Below, piece after piece: positions 37,199 to 47,646 of a stretch of DNA of 58,351 bases. The number at the start of each line of letters is the position of its first letter. The stretch's first letter is position 1. The notes beneath the pieces were generated by a model. That model worked only from the letters and a program-made list of their open reading frames with translations. It was not told the origin of the DNA and searched no databases. The stretch spans positions 1 through 58,351 of the IMG/VR virus record IMGVR_UViG_3300026196_000002; one strand, 5' to 3'. The translations under genes were made by a program, and so were the position numbers. This DNA comes from a virus. Taxonomy: Duplodnaviria > Caudoviricetes.

Positions 37199-40100
37199 GT
37201 GAGCGCCGAACTTGAGAATATCCTTTTTGGCGATAGCCCGGAGATAAGCCCGCCAGAACCTTCCGTGGATGAACTTGCCGGGATTCTTGGGTTTAAGGAA
37301 GAGCCAGGGTTTATCAAGCAATCCATCTATGATGTCGCCGGGGGGGTGATTGACGCCGGGGAAACTTACGCTCGTGCTGGCCGGGCGCTTCCTGGCGGGC
37401 CTGAGACATACGACCTTGACGAAAACTCAATCTTCGGGAAAACGATAAAATGGGCCGAAAATTTTAAAAGGGACAACCCTAACTATGACCATGTTGACAG
37501 CGAAGGACTTCCGCGCTGGTGGCATGAGGGCTTGAGGAGCGTCACTTCTTCGGTGATTGCCGGTGCTCCATCGGCGGCAGCTGGCGCGGCGATTGGTGGC
37601 CCCCTGGGAGCGGTTGTTGGCTTTGGTCTTGGGGCGGGGACAACCTTTGGCCTGGCCGAATATGACCAGTTCATGCAAGAGGCGAAGCAATCCGGCATCA
37701 AGGAAGACGACGCGCAGAAATATGCTGTGCTTTCAGCCGTTGCTGAGGGCGGGTTTGAGGGGGTGACGGACATTTTACAAGGGCTGACCATGGGAGTGAC
37801 GACACCATTAACTCAGCCAGGAAAGGCGGCCTTGAAGCAGGGGGTCAAGCAGCTCTTTAAGACTCGCATTACATCGGTATTAAAGCGGCAGGTTGGGACC
37901 GGATTGCTTGAGGGCGGATCAGAGGTCGCTACGGCAGCAGTTCAGACTACATTGAGGAACCGTGTCGGGCTGAGTGAGCAAGATGCGATGATGGCAGCAG
38001 GGGAAGCCTTTGGTCCTGCGTTTGTCGCTGGGGTAATCTTTGGTGGATTTATCGAGGGCGGCAATATTGTCAATCGAAAGAAGATTGCCCGGGCGTTGAC
38101 CGACGAAAAGACCGATCCGGAACAACGCCTTGCTGCGGCAAGCGAAGTGGTAAAGACCTTGCGCCAGAGTGATAAGCGATTGGCTCAAATCTGGGAGCAG
38201 AGCGCACAGCAGGCTATTGCCAGGGGTGAAGCAATAGACCTCGGCCTTACCCCAGAAGAACTACAGGGGAAGATTGATAATCTGCGTCAGAACGCCAAAG
38301 CTTCGCCGAGAGCCAAGGAGAATTTAGATATCTTTGAGGAGGTGCAGGCACAGCAGACTGGAGAACCCGTTGCCAGCCAAGAGGATGAGATTGATACACA
38401 GATTTTGGAATCTGGGACGCCGACCCCGGAAGACTACTCCACCGTCAACCGTCGTATCCGCAATCTGAAGCGATACCGGAAACTGACAAAGAACCAACAG
38501 CGACAACTTGAAACGTTACAGAGGGTTCGCGCCGACTACGAACGTCGGCTGGATGCAAGCCAGGAACCTAACCTTGAAATAGGGGGCAATGAACAACCTC
38601 AGGGCGTTACAATGGCGGGTCAGGATGAACCGTCCATATTGAAGGAACGAGAGATACAAACACAATCTGAACAGCTTATTGCACAACCTGAACATGAGGG
38701 AGCGTGGGCCAGCAAAGACCCGGAAGTTGACAAGCGCCTTTTGCGTGAAGACTACCGCCAAAACGCTCCACAGTTTCTTGCCTCTATCTCGTTCAATGAG
38801 TTAGAACAGGGGCGCGTTGGGGCCGCGGTCGGAACTGACGATCTGGGCCGCAATGGATACCGGATGCCGACGGCGAACGAACCATGGGTTCAGGAAACCT
38901 CTGCCATGGTGGGCGGGATTGATAAGCTGCGCAATGCGTTAAACAGGGCTGTCGCCGGGGAGAAGCTAGGCAAGAACCAGCGCGAAGCCGTGAAAATTGT
39001 CCTTGACCAGTACGGGAAAGCGCGAACCGATGCCTTGGCCCCCGAAGTTCTTGAGAAGCGTCAGCAGCAGAAGGACACTTGGAGACTGACCAAATACAAG
39101 CCTGGAGATGTCCTGCCTCCCCCACCGGCTTATACTGAACCGGCCTTTGAAGACACAGAATATCATTCTGAATGGGATACTGAGTCGCGGCAGATCAGCG
39201 ACCTTTATAGCCAAGCTTCCGCGATTGACAAAGTTGCGGCTGACGATATTATTGGTTCAGTCAGTGATGACAACGGGCAGGTTGCCGCCGCGTTGTGGCA
39301 ATTTATCAAGGAGAATGAAAATGGGCGAGAAAGCCAAGGAGATAGCGGATTGGGTCAACGAGAACCGCAACCCGCAGAACGTGCGCAAAAAACCGCAGCC
39401 CCAGACCAGCCCGCCGAAGGAACAACCCAAGAAGTAGCTCCAGAACCCGACGGGCAGAATAAACTCTTCGCAACCCCCCCGACGTTCGGCAAGAAAGCAC
39501 AGCCGCAATCTCGCGCCACTAATGATGATCTGCAGTTCGACCAACTTCAGCAAGACGCGAAGCAGGGGGACCTTCTTACCCCTCAAACTACCAGCCAACA
39601 ACCAACCGGAAAGGAAACAAATGATCTGTCCGAACTGTCAAAGCCTGGGGCTGAAGCGCAACAAGAAGTGCAAGGTGTGCGGGCACAGGAGCAGGGAGTA
39701 ACACAGCCTGCCGATCTGTCAAGCGCAGACCCCGCCTCGAAGGCAGGAGAAGGAGCAGCAGTAGAAGAACTTGCCTCTTTCACCGAATATGGTACAGTAA
39801 AAGAACAGCGAGGGAGCAATGCTCAAGTCGAATTTAACTTCGATCTACCCGCCGACCATGGAAAAAATTCTGGACGGCAACAGCCCGCCGGATCCGGGGA
39901 CCTTCAGCCCGCCGGACGCGTATCGCTCTACCGCCGCAAAGGGCTCCCTCCCACCCCCCGCAACATCGCCGCCAGCCTCGAAACCCAAGTAGACCGCGTT
40001 CAGACCGGAACCTTTAAAATCGGCCTGAAGAAGATCCTGTCCGCCGCCGACGCTGCGCATGTTTTTGCCCCCTTGCGCAAGTATGCCAAAGAAAACTTCG

Positions 40101-43100
40101 CGGTTCTAGTCCTTGACAAGGGCAATCAGCCCCTCGCCGTCCTCGACATTTCCACCGGGTCCACCACCGCCTCTATCGTGCACCCGCGCATCGTCGCCGG
40201 GGCCGCCCTGGACGTCCCAGGGGCGGCTTCGGTGTGGCTGGCCCATAACCATCCTTCCGGGAACCCAGCCCCCTCGCAGGAAGATAAGGAGATCACCGCC
40301 CGCCTCGAAGATCTATTGCGTGGTAGTGGGGTGGAAATTGCGGGAAGTGTTATTGTCGGCAAGAACGGAGAATTCACCAACATCGGCAGAACCAACGTCC
40401 CGCGAAAGCCCACCATTGCCAGGAGGAACCTTGATATCCCCAAGATGGATGATCGGCTCGCCAGAAACCCGACCGGAGAAGCCAGGGCGATTTCCTCCGC
40501 CGGGGACGCTGCGACGCTTTTTGCTACCCAGGGTTACGCCAACCGTGTGGATGGGGTGTTGCTGCTCAACGCCAAAAACGAACCGGTCGGCTGGGTGGAG
40601 ATGACAACGGCAGAAATGAAGTTGTTACGAACGGGCAGTAAGGAAAAGGGGTCCGGTCTGCTTTCCCGCGCCCTTTCCCAGTCGAACGCCGTCGCCTTCG
40701 TGGTGCGGATGAAGCGCAGCGCCCCGCGTTCCCCCCTGGCTGGAAGCGTGGAAGCCGCCACCAATATGGCGAATTTTGCCGCACTCAATGGCTCCAGGAT
40801 GCTCGATGTAATCACCGATGACGGAAAGGGCGCGTTTGTCTCCCTGGGAGATCAGGGTTTGTTGCCAAGTGGCGGGGGGGTGATGTACTCCCGCAAGACC
40901 GGCCAGAATGCAGCAGAAGGCGACCCACAAAGCCCCGGCATCCGTTACGGGACCGCTCCAGACAGCACCGATGCCCCAAAAATCACCATCGCCCAAGTCC
41001 AATCTGAGGTCCGCGACTTCCTGAAAAAAGGCTACGACAACCTGACCAAGCTCGGGAAACTTAAGGTTGTGCAAAGCGCGGAAGAGCTAGGGATAAACCA
41101 CGGCAAAAAAACGCTCTTCTCGAAGAAAACCAACACGGCGTCTGAAGCGTTTAAGAAATGGTTCGGCGACAGCAAAGTGGTTGATGAAAACGGTGAACCG
41201 CTGGTGGTTTATCATGGGACAAATAAAGCGGATCATCGAGAAGCGCCAACTGATAAAGGATTTTTTGTCACGTCCTCAAAAGAAATGGCGAATAGTTATA
41301 CAAATACGAGAATATCGCAATTGCGCGATATGAAAACTCGCGCAACTACAACAGAAGGGAAGATAAAATCTTACGAAAAACAGGCAAAACGCGCAGTTTT
41401 CCCTGTGTATATAAAACTAGAAAATCCGTTTATTTGGGGGAATGGAGTTGACAGGGATTTATCAAAACCGTGGGCAGATTTACATCAAGCATGGAATTTT
41501 GAAACGAATAGTAAAGAGGGCGTTTTTTACAAGATGTTGGGAAGGCCATCACTTGAACAGTTGCAAGAAGCCTTCTCCAGGATAAGAGGCCAAAAACAAC
41601 CAAAATCCACTGTGGCAGCAATGGAAATGTTGTTGAGAATGCAAGGTGTTTATGGAGGCAGGACAGATGCAGAGTATTTTATCGGTGCGCAAGGTTCTGA
41701 GTATTTGACTAAAGACCTTAAGATATTTTTGGAAGGGCTAGGCTTTGATGGAATAGAATTTACAGACAACATTAAAACAAATTATGGGGTTAAATTTGAA
41801 GAAGGGAAAACCTATGTCGCCTTCTTCCCAACCCAGATCAAGTCCGTCTACAACAAGGGAGCCTTTGACCCGGAAAACCCGAATATCCTTTACTCCAAGA
41901 GCGGAGACGTCGCTGGCGTCTATAATGACGGGACTATCACCCTGATCGCCGACCGGATGAATAAAGGTGACGCAGAATATCTCATGCGGCACGAAGGTCT
42001 GCACATGCTGATGAGGGAAGATGAGGTATTCTCCGCCAAGCGTGATGAGATATTGGCGCAATTCAAATCTCTTAAAGAGGCAAGTAAGAGAGTCCGTGAC
42101 GCTTATGCCAGGGTCCCGGAGGAGACCAAAAAGGGCTATCTTGACGAAGAGGCTTTAGCTTATTTTGTTGAGTCGAAGGATAACCATAATCACAGTATCG
42201 TTAGAAAACTAATCGCCGCCGTCAAAGCCTGGATGCTGCGGCATGGTATCCCTGTGACCAAGTTGACAGAGGCTGACTTTGTGGCTCTGGTTAGCCAGGG
42301 CGTGAGGTCGTTTGCAAGCCATGGGAAACCCATCACCGATGCCATGAGCTCCGACGTGATGCAAACGCAACCTCTGGGTAAAAAGACGCAAGAACAGCAA
42401 CCTGACCAAGAACAGTTAAAGTCATGGTTCAAAAAATCGAAGGTGGCCAACCCCGACGGTAGCCCAAAGGTTGTTTACCACGGAACCAACGCCGAGTTTA
42501 CTGTATTCCAGCCATCAGGGCGCGGGATATTCTTCTCCGACTCAAAGGAAGTCGCAAGTAACTACACCGAGCAATACCGGGCGGAAAAGTCGGTCAACGA
42601 CGGGATTGTGATGCCAGTTTACCTTTCGCTGCAAAACCCGGTTGAAATGACCTTTGACGGTGGCCGGTCGATTGCGTCGGCGGTTAAGGAAGCGCGGGAC
42701 ACCGGTAATGACGGGGTGATTGTCAAAAACTACCCTGACAGCTACGGCGGCAAAGATTCGGTTGCCGATATGTATATTGTTTTTGAGCCGACACAAATTA
42801 AGTCTGCACTTGGGAATGGTGGTGCATACGATGCAAAAAACCCGGATATTTTGTACAGTAGGCGGCCAGTTGGTGGAGTTGGCCCGGCCCGTTCTGTAAT
42901 TGAAAAGGCTGGCCCAAGAGTAAAAAACACGATTGACTATTTACGCATGAAGTTCCAAGACAAATTCATTCCATTGAGTAGGGCACAGGAGGTATTGCAA
43001 GGGCAGGGGTGGGTAAAGACCACCGAGAACGACGCATACCGGGCAGAGGAAGTTTTCCACGAGAAGGCGACAGGGCGGCTTGAAGACTTCTACAATGGGA

Positions 43101-45604
43101 AGGCGGAACCGCTGGTCAAGAAGATTGAGGAGAGCAGCGTTTCCGTCGATGAATTAGAAGATTACCTTTATGCCAGATTTGCCCCACAACGAAACGCCTA
43201 TATCGCCTCGATCAATGAGGACATGCCGGATGGCGGGTCTGGGTGGACGAACAAAAAAGCAAGAGATATCCTTGATAAATTTGATGCCGAAGGGAAAACT
43301 GCAGAACTAGAACTCCTCGCTGCCGATGTGCGAGACATAACCAAAATGCAGCGGGACATCATCAGGAGCGAGGGTCTTGAGCTTGACGAGACAATGGATG
43401 CGTGGGAGCTGTCAAACCCTGATTACATCCCCCTAAAGGGTGGTAAGGAAAGCCGGGGGAAGGGGATCGGAACTGGGTATAATGTTAAGCGGTCCGGGAC
43501 GAAAAAGGCGCTGGGGCGGAGAAGTGAGGCAACTGCTTTACTCGCTCATCTGTTTGATCAAGCCGGGGCGACGATTGTCCGGGCAGAAAAGGCCAAGGTT
43601 GGCCGAGCCTTCCTGAAGATGGTCGAGGAAAACCCAAATCCCGAGCTGTGGAAAGTTTACGACCCGAAGCGGCCGGAGACTCTGCCAACCTCGCGGAAGC
43701 TGACCGACAATCCGGAAGTTAAGAGAATCAAGAAAAAGCTAGACCGGCGCAATTATGCCCTGAACCGGGCGACAGAACAGCGGACAATCAGCAAGCTACA
43801 GGAAGAAATTTTCGCCCTGAAAATGGAGCTGATGGGCACCCGCGATAAGGTTGTGCGGGATATCCTCGATGCTCGGCTGCTGACCGGCGATAATGTCATG
43901 GCGGTGACCCGCGAGGACGGCACGGTGGTTTATATCGATATCATCGATGACGACCTGGCCAGGGTCATGAAAAATCTGACGCCGAACCAATATGGGAAAG
44001 TCACCAAGGCCCTCGGCACCGCAACGCGCTACCTGTCAAGGATGAGCACCATTTTTAACCCTGAGTTTGTCGTGACTAACTTCGAGCGGGACATCCAGAC
44101 GGCAATGGTGAACCTTAGCGGAGAGCATAATACTAAACTCGCCAAGGAGGTTTTAAAGGGAGTCCCTGGCGCATGGAAGGGGATTCATGACGCCCTGAAG
44201 GGGAAGGACAGTGGGAGCGATTGGTCCCAGTGGTTTGTCCGGTATAAAAGGGCCGGTGCGCAGGTTTCTTTTATGGATTTGCGCGGGGTGGAACATTGGC
44301 AGGCTAAACTAAAAAAGTTGAGCGACAAAGACGGTATCATTACAGCGACAAAAGGGAAAATTGCCCAGGTGGGAAACTTGATTGACCGGATGAACGGAGC
44401 CACGGAAAATGCTGTGCGGCTCTCCGCTTTCCGTAAAGGGATTGAAGCCGGGATGAGCGAATCGGACGCGGCCAGCCTCGCCAAAAACTTGACGGTTAAT
44501 TTTAACCGGAAGGGAGAGTTAGGCCCGGCCATGAACGCCCTTTATATGTTCGCCAATGCTGGTGTTCAGGGTTCTGCTCGGATGTTTGGCGCGTTGAAAC
44601 ACAAGCGGGTACGGAAGATGATGGGGACCGTTGCCGTTATGGCTTTTGGCCTGGCGGAAATGAACCGCCTTGTCGGGGGGGATGATGATGACGGGGAAAA
44701 CAAGTGGGATAAAGTGAGTGATTTTGAAAAACAGGTCAATTTTGTCTTCAAAACTGGGGACGGAGAATTTAAAATCCGGCTGCCATATGGATATAACGTC
44801 TTTGTCGCAGCAGGATACGCACTAAGCGACATTTTTCATTACGCTCAAGGGGATGGTGGCAAATCTCCCGTACAGGTCGCTAGGTTCATGCAGGCGGCCA
44901 TTATGAACGCCTTTAACCCATTGGGCGGCGATGAGGGGATATTGAAAATCATGGCACCAACCCTGGCCGATCCGCTGGTTGAAATTGCAACCAATGAAAA
45001 TTTCATGGGCAGCAAGATAATGCCTGAGAACTTCCCCTTTGGGGCGCAGAAGCCTGATAGTCAATTGTATTTCAGGAATGTTTCAGCCCCATCGAAGGTT
45101 GTTGCGGAATTCCTCAACGAAATAACTGGTGGGAGCAAATGGGAATCCGGGGCGGTTGATATTTCTCCGGAGACAATTGACCACTATTTTGATTTTGTTC
45201 TCGGTGGTCTTGGCCGCACAATCCGCAGGACAGCGAACGTGCCAGCCCTGGCACTGGAAGACAGCCTGAAAATAAAAGACATTCCGTTCATCAGGCAAGT
45301 ATACCAAGAAGCTTCCCCGCAAGTTGACCAGTCCCGCTTTTATGATAATCTGAAAAGTATCGCAGCATCCCGTGCTGCGCTGAAGGAAATGCCATTGGCT
45401 GACAAGAGGGAATACCGTATTAAACATCCCGAGGCGCGGTTGTACAGGCTGGCAAATTCCTATCGGAGATCGTTAAGCAATCTGCGCAAGCGTCGGTATG
45501 CCTTGTTGGACGCGGGGAACAACGAGGCTGCGAAAAGGGCAGAAGAGCAGATGCAGAAGGTTGCCAAGCGGTTTAATGGGATTTACAATGCCAGAACCGA
45601 TTAG
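37199..45604 (+). CDS. Large polyvalent (probably injected) protein: JAB/RadC, two ART-like domains, HExxH metallopeptidase, LPD38-like C-terminus
   Basis: WLAHNHPSG..PSQED (about 40240); two copies of WFxxSKV.....P.VVYHGT...PTQIKS (about 41150-41890 and 42420-42860); RHEGLH (41990); NFNRKG..LYMFANA. Confidence 0.85.
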   Translation: MSAELENILFGDSPEISPPEPSVDELAGILGFKEEPGFIKQSIYDVAGGVIDAGETYARAGRALPGGPETYDLDENSIFGKTIKWAENFKRDNPNYDHVDSEGLPRWWHEGLRSVTSSVIAGAPSAAAGAAIGGPLGAVVGFGLGAGTTFGLAEYDQFMQEAKQSGIKEDDAQKYAVLSAVAEGGFEGVTDILQGLTMGVTTPLTQPGKAALKQGVKQLFKTRITSVLKRQVGTGLLEGGSEVATAAVQTTLRNRVGLSEQDAMMAAGEAFGPAFVAGVIFGGFIEGGNIVNRKKIARALTDEKTDPEQRLAAASEVVKTLRQSDKRLAQIWEQSAQQAIARGEAIDLGLTPEELQGKIDNLRQNAKASPRAKENLDIFEEVQAQQTGEPVASQEDEIDTQILESGTPTPEDYSTVNRRIRNLKRYRKLTKNQQRQLETLQRVRADYERRLDASQEPNLEIGGNEQPQGVTMAGQDEPSILKEREIQTQSEQLIAQPEHEGAWASKDPEVDKRLLREDYRQNAPQFLASISFNELEQGRVGAAVGTDDLGRNGYRMPTANEPWVQETSAMVGGIDKLRNALNRAVAGEKLGKNQREAVKIVLDQYGKARTDALAPEVLEKRQQQKDTWRLTKYKPGDVLPPPPAYTEPAFEDTEYHSEWDTESRQISDLYSQASAIDKVAADDIIGSVSDDNGQVAAALWQFIKENENGRESQGDSGLGQREPQPAERAQKTAAPDQPAEGTTQEVAPEPDGQNKLFATPPTFGKKAQPQSRATNDDLQFDQLQQDAKQGDLLTPQTTSQQPTGKETNDLSELSKPGAEAQQEVQGVRAQEQGVTQPADLSSADPASKAGEGAAVEELASFTEYGTVKEQRGSNAQVEFNFDLPADHGKNSGRQQPAGSGDLQPAGRVSLYRRKGLPPTPRNIAASLETQVDRVQTGTFKIGLKKILSAADAAHVFAPLRKYAKENFAVLVLDKGNQPLAVLDISTGSTTASIVHPRIVAGAALDVPGAASVWLAHNHPSGNPAPSQEDKEITARLEDLLRGSGVEIAGSVIVGKNGEFTNIGRTNVPRKPTIARRNLDIPKMDDRLARNPTGEARAISSAGDAATLFATQGYANRVDGVLLLNAKNEPVGWVEMTTAEMKLLRTGSKEKGSGLLSRALSQSNAVAFVVRMKRSAPRSPLAGSVEAATNMANFAALNGSRMLDVITDDGKGAFVSLGDQGLLPSGGGVMYSRKTGQNAAEGDPQSPGIRYGTAPDSTDAPKITIAQVQSEVRDFLKKGYDNLTKLGKLKVVQSAEELGINHGKKTLFSKKTNTASEAFKKWFGDSKVVDENGEPLVVYHGTNKADHREAPTDKGFFVTSSKEMANSYTNTRISQLRDMKTRATTTEGKIKSYEKQAKRAVFPVYIKLENPFIWGNGVDRDLSKPWADLHQAWNFETNSKEGVFYKMLGRPSLEQLQEAFSRIRGQKQPKSTVAAMEMLLRMQGVYGGRTDAEYFIGAQGSEYLTKDLKIFLEGLGFDGIEFTDNIKTNYGVKFEEGKTYVAFFPTQIKSVYNKGAFDPENPNILYSKSGDVAGVYNDGTITLIADRMNKGDAEYLMRHEGLHMLMREDEVFSAKRDEILAQFKSLKEASKRVRDAYARVPEETKKGYLDEEALAYFVESKDNHNHSIVRKLIAAVKAWMLRHGIPVTKLTEADFVALVSQGVRSFASHGKPITDAMSSDVMQTQPLGKKTQEQQPDQEQLKSWFKKSKVANPDGSPKVVYHGTNAEFTVFQPSGRGIFFSDSKEVASNYTEQYRAEKSVNDGIVMPVYLSLQNPVEMTFDGGRSIASAVKEARDTGNDGVIVKNYPDSYGGKDSVADMYIVFEPTQIKSALGNGGAYDAKNPDILYSRRPVGGVGPARSVIEKAGPRVKNTIDYLRMKFQDKFIPLSRAQEVLQGQGWVKTTENDAYRAEEVFHEKATGRLEDFYNGKAEPLVKKIEESSVSVDELEDYLYARFAPQRNAYIASINEDMPDGGSGWTNKKARDILDKFDAEGKTAELELLAADVRDITKMQRDIIRSEGLELDETMDAWELSNPDYIPLKGGKESRGKGIGTGYNVKRSGTKKALGRRSEATALLAHLFDQAGATIVRAEKAKVGRAFLKMVEENPNPELWKVYDPKRPETLPTSRKLTDNPEVKRIKKKLDRRNYALNRATEQRTISKLQEEIFALKMELMGTRDKVVRDILDARLLTGDNVMAVTREDGTVVYIDIIDDDLARVMKNLTPNQYGKVTKALGTATRYLSRMSTIFNPEFVVTNFERDIQTAMVNLSGEHNTKLAKEVLKGVPGAWKGIHDALKGKDSGSDWSQWFVRYKRAGAQVSFMDLRGVEHWQAKLKKLSDKDGIITATKGKIAQVGNLIDRMNGATENAVRLSAFRKGIEAGMSESDAASLAKNLTVNFNRKGELGPAMNALYMFANAGVQGSARMFGALKHKRVRKMMGTVAVMAFGLAEMNRLVGGDDDDGENKWDKVSDFEKQVNFVFKTGDGEFKIRLPYGYNVFVAAGYALSDIFHYAQGDGGKSPVQVARFMQAAIMNAFNPLGGDEGILKIMAPTLADPLVEIATNENFMGSKIMPENFPFGAQKPDSQLYFRNVSAPSKVVAEFLNEITGGSKWESGAVDISPETIDHYFDFVLGGLGRTIRRTANVPALALEDSLKIKDIPFIRQVYQEASPQVDQSRFYDNLKSIAASRAALKEMPLADKREYRIKHPEARLYRLANSYRRSLSNLRKRRYALLDAGNNEAAKRAEEQMQKVAKRFNGIYNARTD

Positions 45605-45664
45605 CGCGATAATCTGGTAAATAACTACCGCGCAACGACTCTTCCGGCTGGTACGGCAATCATC

Positions 45665-46897
45665 GAAAAACCTCCTTGGATACCCCGTCCCTTGGGGCGG
45701 GGAGGAAAAGGGGTTGCACGTCAGTGCAATCGGTGTTATATTATCCTATATGAAACGAACCGTATCCGTCAAGCTGAATACGACCACTGAGCAGTCATCA
45801 TACCTTTCTGCGCTACAGGCCGAGTTCGCCGTCGTCTGCAATCTTGTGGTCCCTTTCGCCCGCGGCAACCGCTGCTGGAACCGTGTTGCGCTACACCATT
45901 TGGCCTATTACCCGGTGAGGGAGGTCTCCCCGCTTGGATCGCAAATGGTCTGCAATGCCATCAAGGCCGTAGCCAATGCCTACAAGGGGCTGAAGCTCAG
46001 GCGCAAGGATGAGGTCCCGACCGTTGTCTTCAAGCCCACCGGGTGTGTCCATTTCGATGCCCGCACCTTCTCCGTCAAGGGCGATATCGTTTCGCTCTAC
46101 ACCATGGCCGGGCGGCAGGCCGTCCCGATGTTGCCCGGTAAATTCCAGGCAGAATATCTGGCCAAAGGAAAAATCAAGGAGGCCGAACTTCTCCGCAAAC
46201 GCAACACTTGGTTTCTGAATATTGTCCTCGACCTCCCCGATGCCCCGCCCGCGACTGGTGGCGGCAGCATGGGGGTAGACGTGGGCGAGAATAACCTGGC
46301 TGCCACCTCCGCCGGAAAGATCATCGGTGGCAGTCGTCTCCGTCACACCCGCGACAAGTATCTTGCCCTTCGTCGTCGGCTTCAACGCAACGGCTCGCAG
46401 AGTGCCAAACAACTGCTCTGCAAAGTCTCCGGTCGCGAAGCCCGGCACATGAAGCATGTCAACCACGAAGCCAGCAAGGCCATCGTCGCGGAAGCCCTCA
46501 CTTCGGGCGCTTCGACCATTGTTCTGGAAGACCTCACGCACATCCGCAAAAACATCAAGGCTGGCAAACGCGTTCGTGCCCGGCTGCATCGGTGGGCGTT
46601 CGCACAGCTTCAATCCTTCGTGCGCTACAAGGCCGAAGGTGTGGGGCTGGCAGTGGCCATCGTCGATCCCGCCTACAGTTCGAAGACTTGCGCGGTGTGT
46701 GGTTGTCTCGGTACTCGGTTGAAGCATCGTTTTTCCTGTTCTGCCTGTGGAAACCTGGCGCACAGCGACTTGAACGCGAGTCGGAATCTTGCCAAGTTGG
46801 CTCCCTCTGCCGAGGGTTCCAGGGTCGCCGTAACCCGGCCTTATGTGGCAACTTCGGTTGACCATAATGCTCCGTCGCTTGCGGCGGGGTAGTTTAC
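45665..46897 (+). mobile_element. IS200/IS605-family element, TnpB only (IS1341-like); left boundary approximate
   Basis: Left hairpin CCCCGTCC-CTT-GGGGCGGGG (about 45683-45702); right hairpin CTCCGTCGCTTGCGGCGGGG followed by TAGTTTAC; no tnpA. Confidence 0.8.
45750..46892 (+). CDS. tnpB: RNA-guided endonuclease TnpB
   Basis: RuvC motifs GVDVG, IVLEDL, HSDLNASRNL; zinc finger CAVC/CSAC. Confidence 0.93.
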   Translation: MKRTVSVKLNTTTEQSSYLSALQAEFAVVCNLVVPFARGNRCWNRVALHHLAYYPVREVSPLGSQMVCNAIKAVANAYKGLKLRRKDEVPTVVFKPTGCVHFDARTFSVKGDIVSLYTMAGRQAVPMLPGKFQAEYLAKGKIKEAELLRKRNTWFLNIVLDLPDAPPATGGGSMGVDVGENNLAATSAGKIIGGSRLRHTRDKYLALRRRLQRNGSQSAKQLLCKVSGREARHMKHVNHEASKAIVAEALTSGASTIVLEDLTHIRKNIKAGKRVRARLHRWAFAQLQSFVRYKAEGVGLAVAIVDPAYSSKTCAVCGCLGTRLKHRFSCSACGNLAHSDLNASRNLAKLAPSAEGSRVAVTRPYVATSVDHNAPSLAAG

Positions 46898-47646
46898 TGC
46901 GCCTCCCCAAAAATTGAAGTCAGGGGCCCGCTCACAGCCCTGATTTTGTCCTTGTCAAGGTATCTCGACGCCAACTTCCAACCGTACAGCTCCAGGCCAA
47001 GCCGTTCCTTCGCCTCCACCGCCGCTCCATCAACATACTGCCCGTCAGTGTAAAGGTCGAACCCGCACAAGACAACCTCGTCGGCCATCAGGTGAGCCAG
47101 CCACATCGCCAGAAAAGGGGATGATTGGAAAAACCAGCAGGCTGTCTCATCGGCGTCAATCAGATAGTCGCTATACTGCCCCCAGATAGAAATGACCCTC
47201 TTGGCCCTCGCCATCTCCTTTACCTCGCCAACCCACCTATCAACAAACACGGCGATATCGGCCTGGTAGTATTTCATCGGTCGCCAGTTGACGCTGATCA
47301 GAAGATCTTTATCTGTCCGTCCGACATTGCTCATGTCTCCAATGAGCGACGTCCCGGCGCCCATGACGATAGCGCGGCCTTTGTGGGTTTTTTTAAGCAC
47401 CATAACTGACGGCTTATCTTCGCCGCCTTTGCGCACATCGACAATCTTGAACGGTCTGGTGTCTTGGCCAAGTGCCAGCTTTTTCACCCCGTCCTCGATG
47501 ACCGGAACCGGCAGGGCGCAGACCTGTTTCTCCTGGTCGGCCCAGAGGACGTTTTTCAAAAAAGGGGATTTTTCGTCACCATCGAGGATAACGAGGAAAT
47601 TATTAGATCCGAGGATGTCCGGTCCGTAGTAGCGCAGATTAGTCAC
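46894..47646 (-). CDS. DUF115/MptE/Maf-like nucleotide-transferase-fold protein
   Basis: AIVMGAGTSL...ISVN...EVVLCGFD; the stop codon is supplied by the IS end. Confidence 0.6.
   Translation of the reverse strand: MTNLRYYGPDILGSNNFLVILDGDEKSPFLKNVLWADQEKQVCALPVPVIEDGVKKLALGQDTRPFKIVDVRKGGEDKPSVMVLKKTHKGRAIVMGAGTSLIGDMSNVGRTDKDLLISVNWRPMKYYQADIAVFVDRWVGEVKEMARAKRVISIWGQYSDYLIDADETACWFFQSSPFLAMWLAHLMADEVVLCGFDLYTDGQYVDGAAVEAKERLGLELYGWKLASRYLDKDKIRAVSGPLTSIFGEAQ

Noticed and set aside
37199-45604. Tape-measure protein or virion RNA polymerase
   Set aside because: The motifs fit a polyvalent protein; I see no polymerase motifs and no tail tube or sheath genes.
45750-46892. Cas12f-type CRISPR effector
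   Set aside because: No CRISPR array nearby, and IS200/IS605 end hairpins flank the gene.
45891-46910. 339-aa minus-strand ORF
   Set aside because: Antisense shadow of tnpB with no recognisable motifs.
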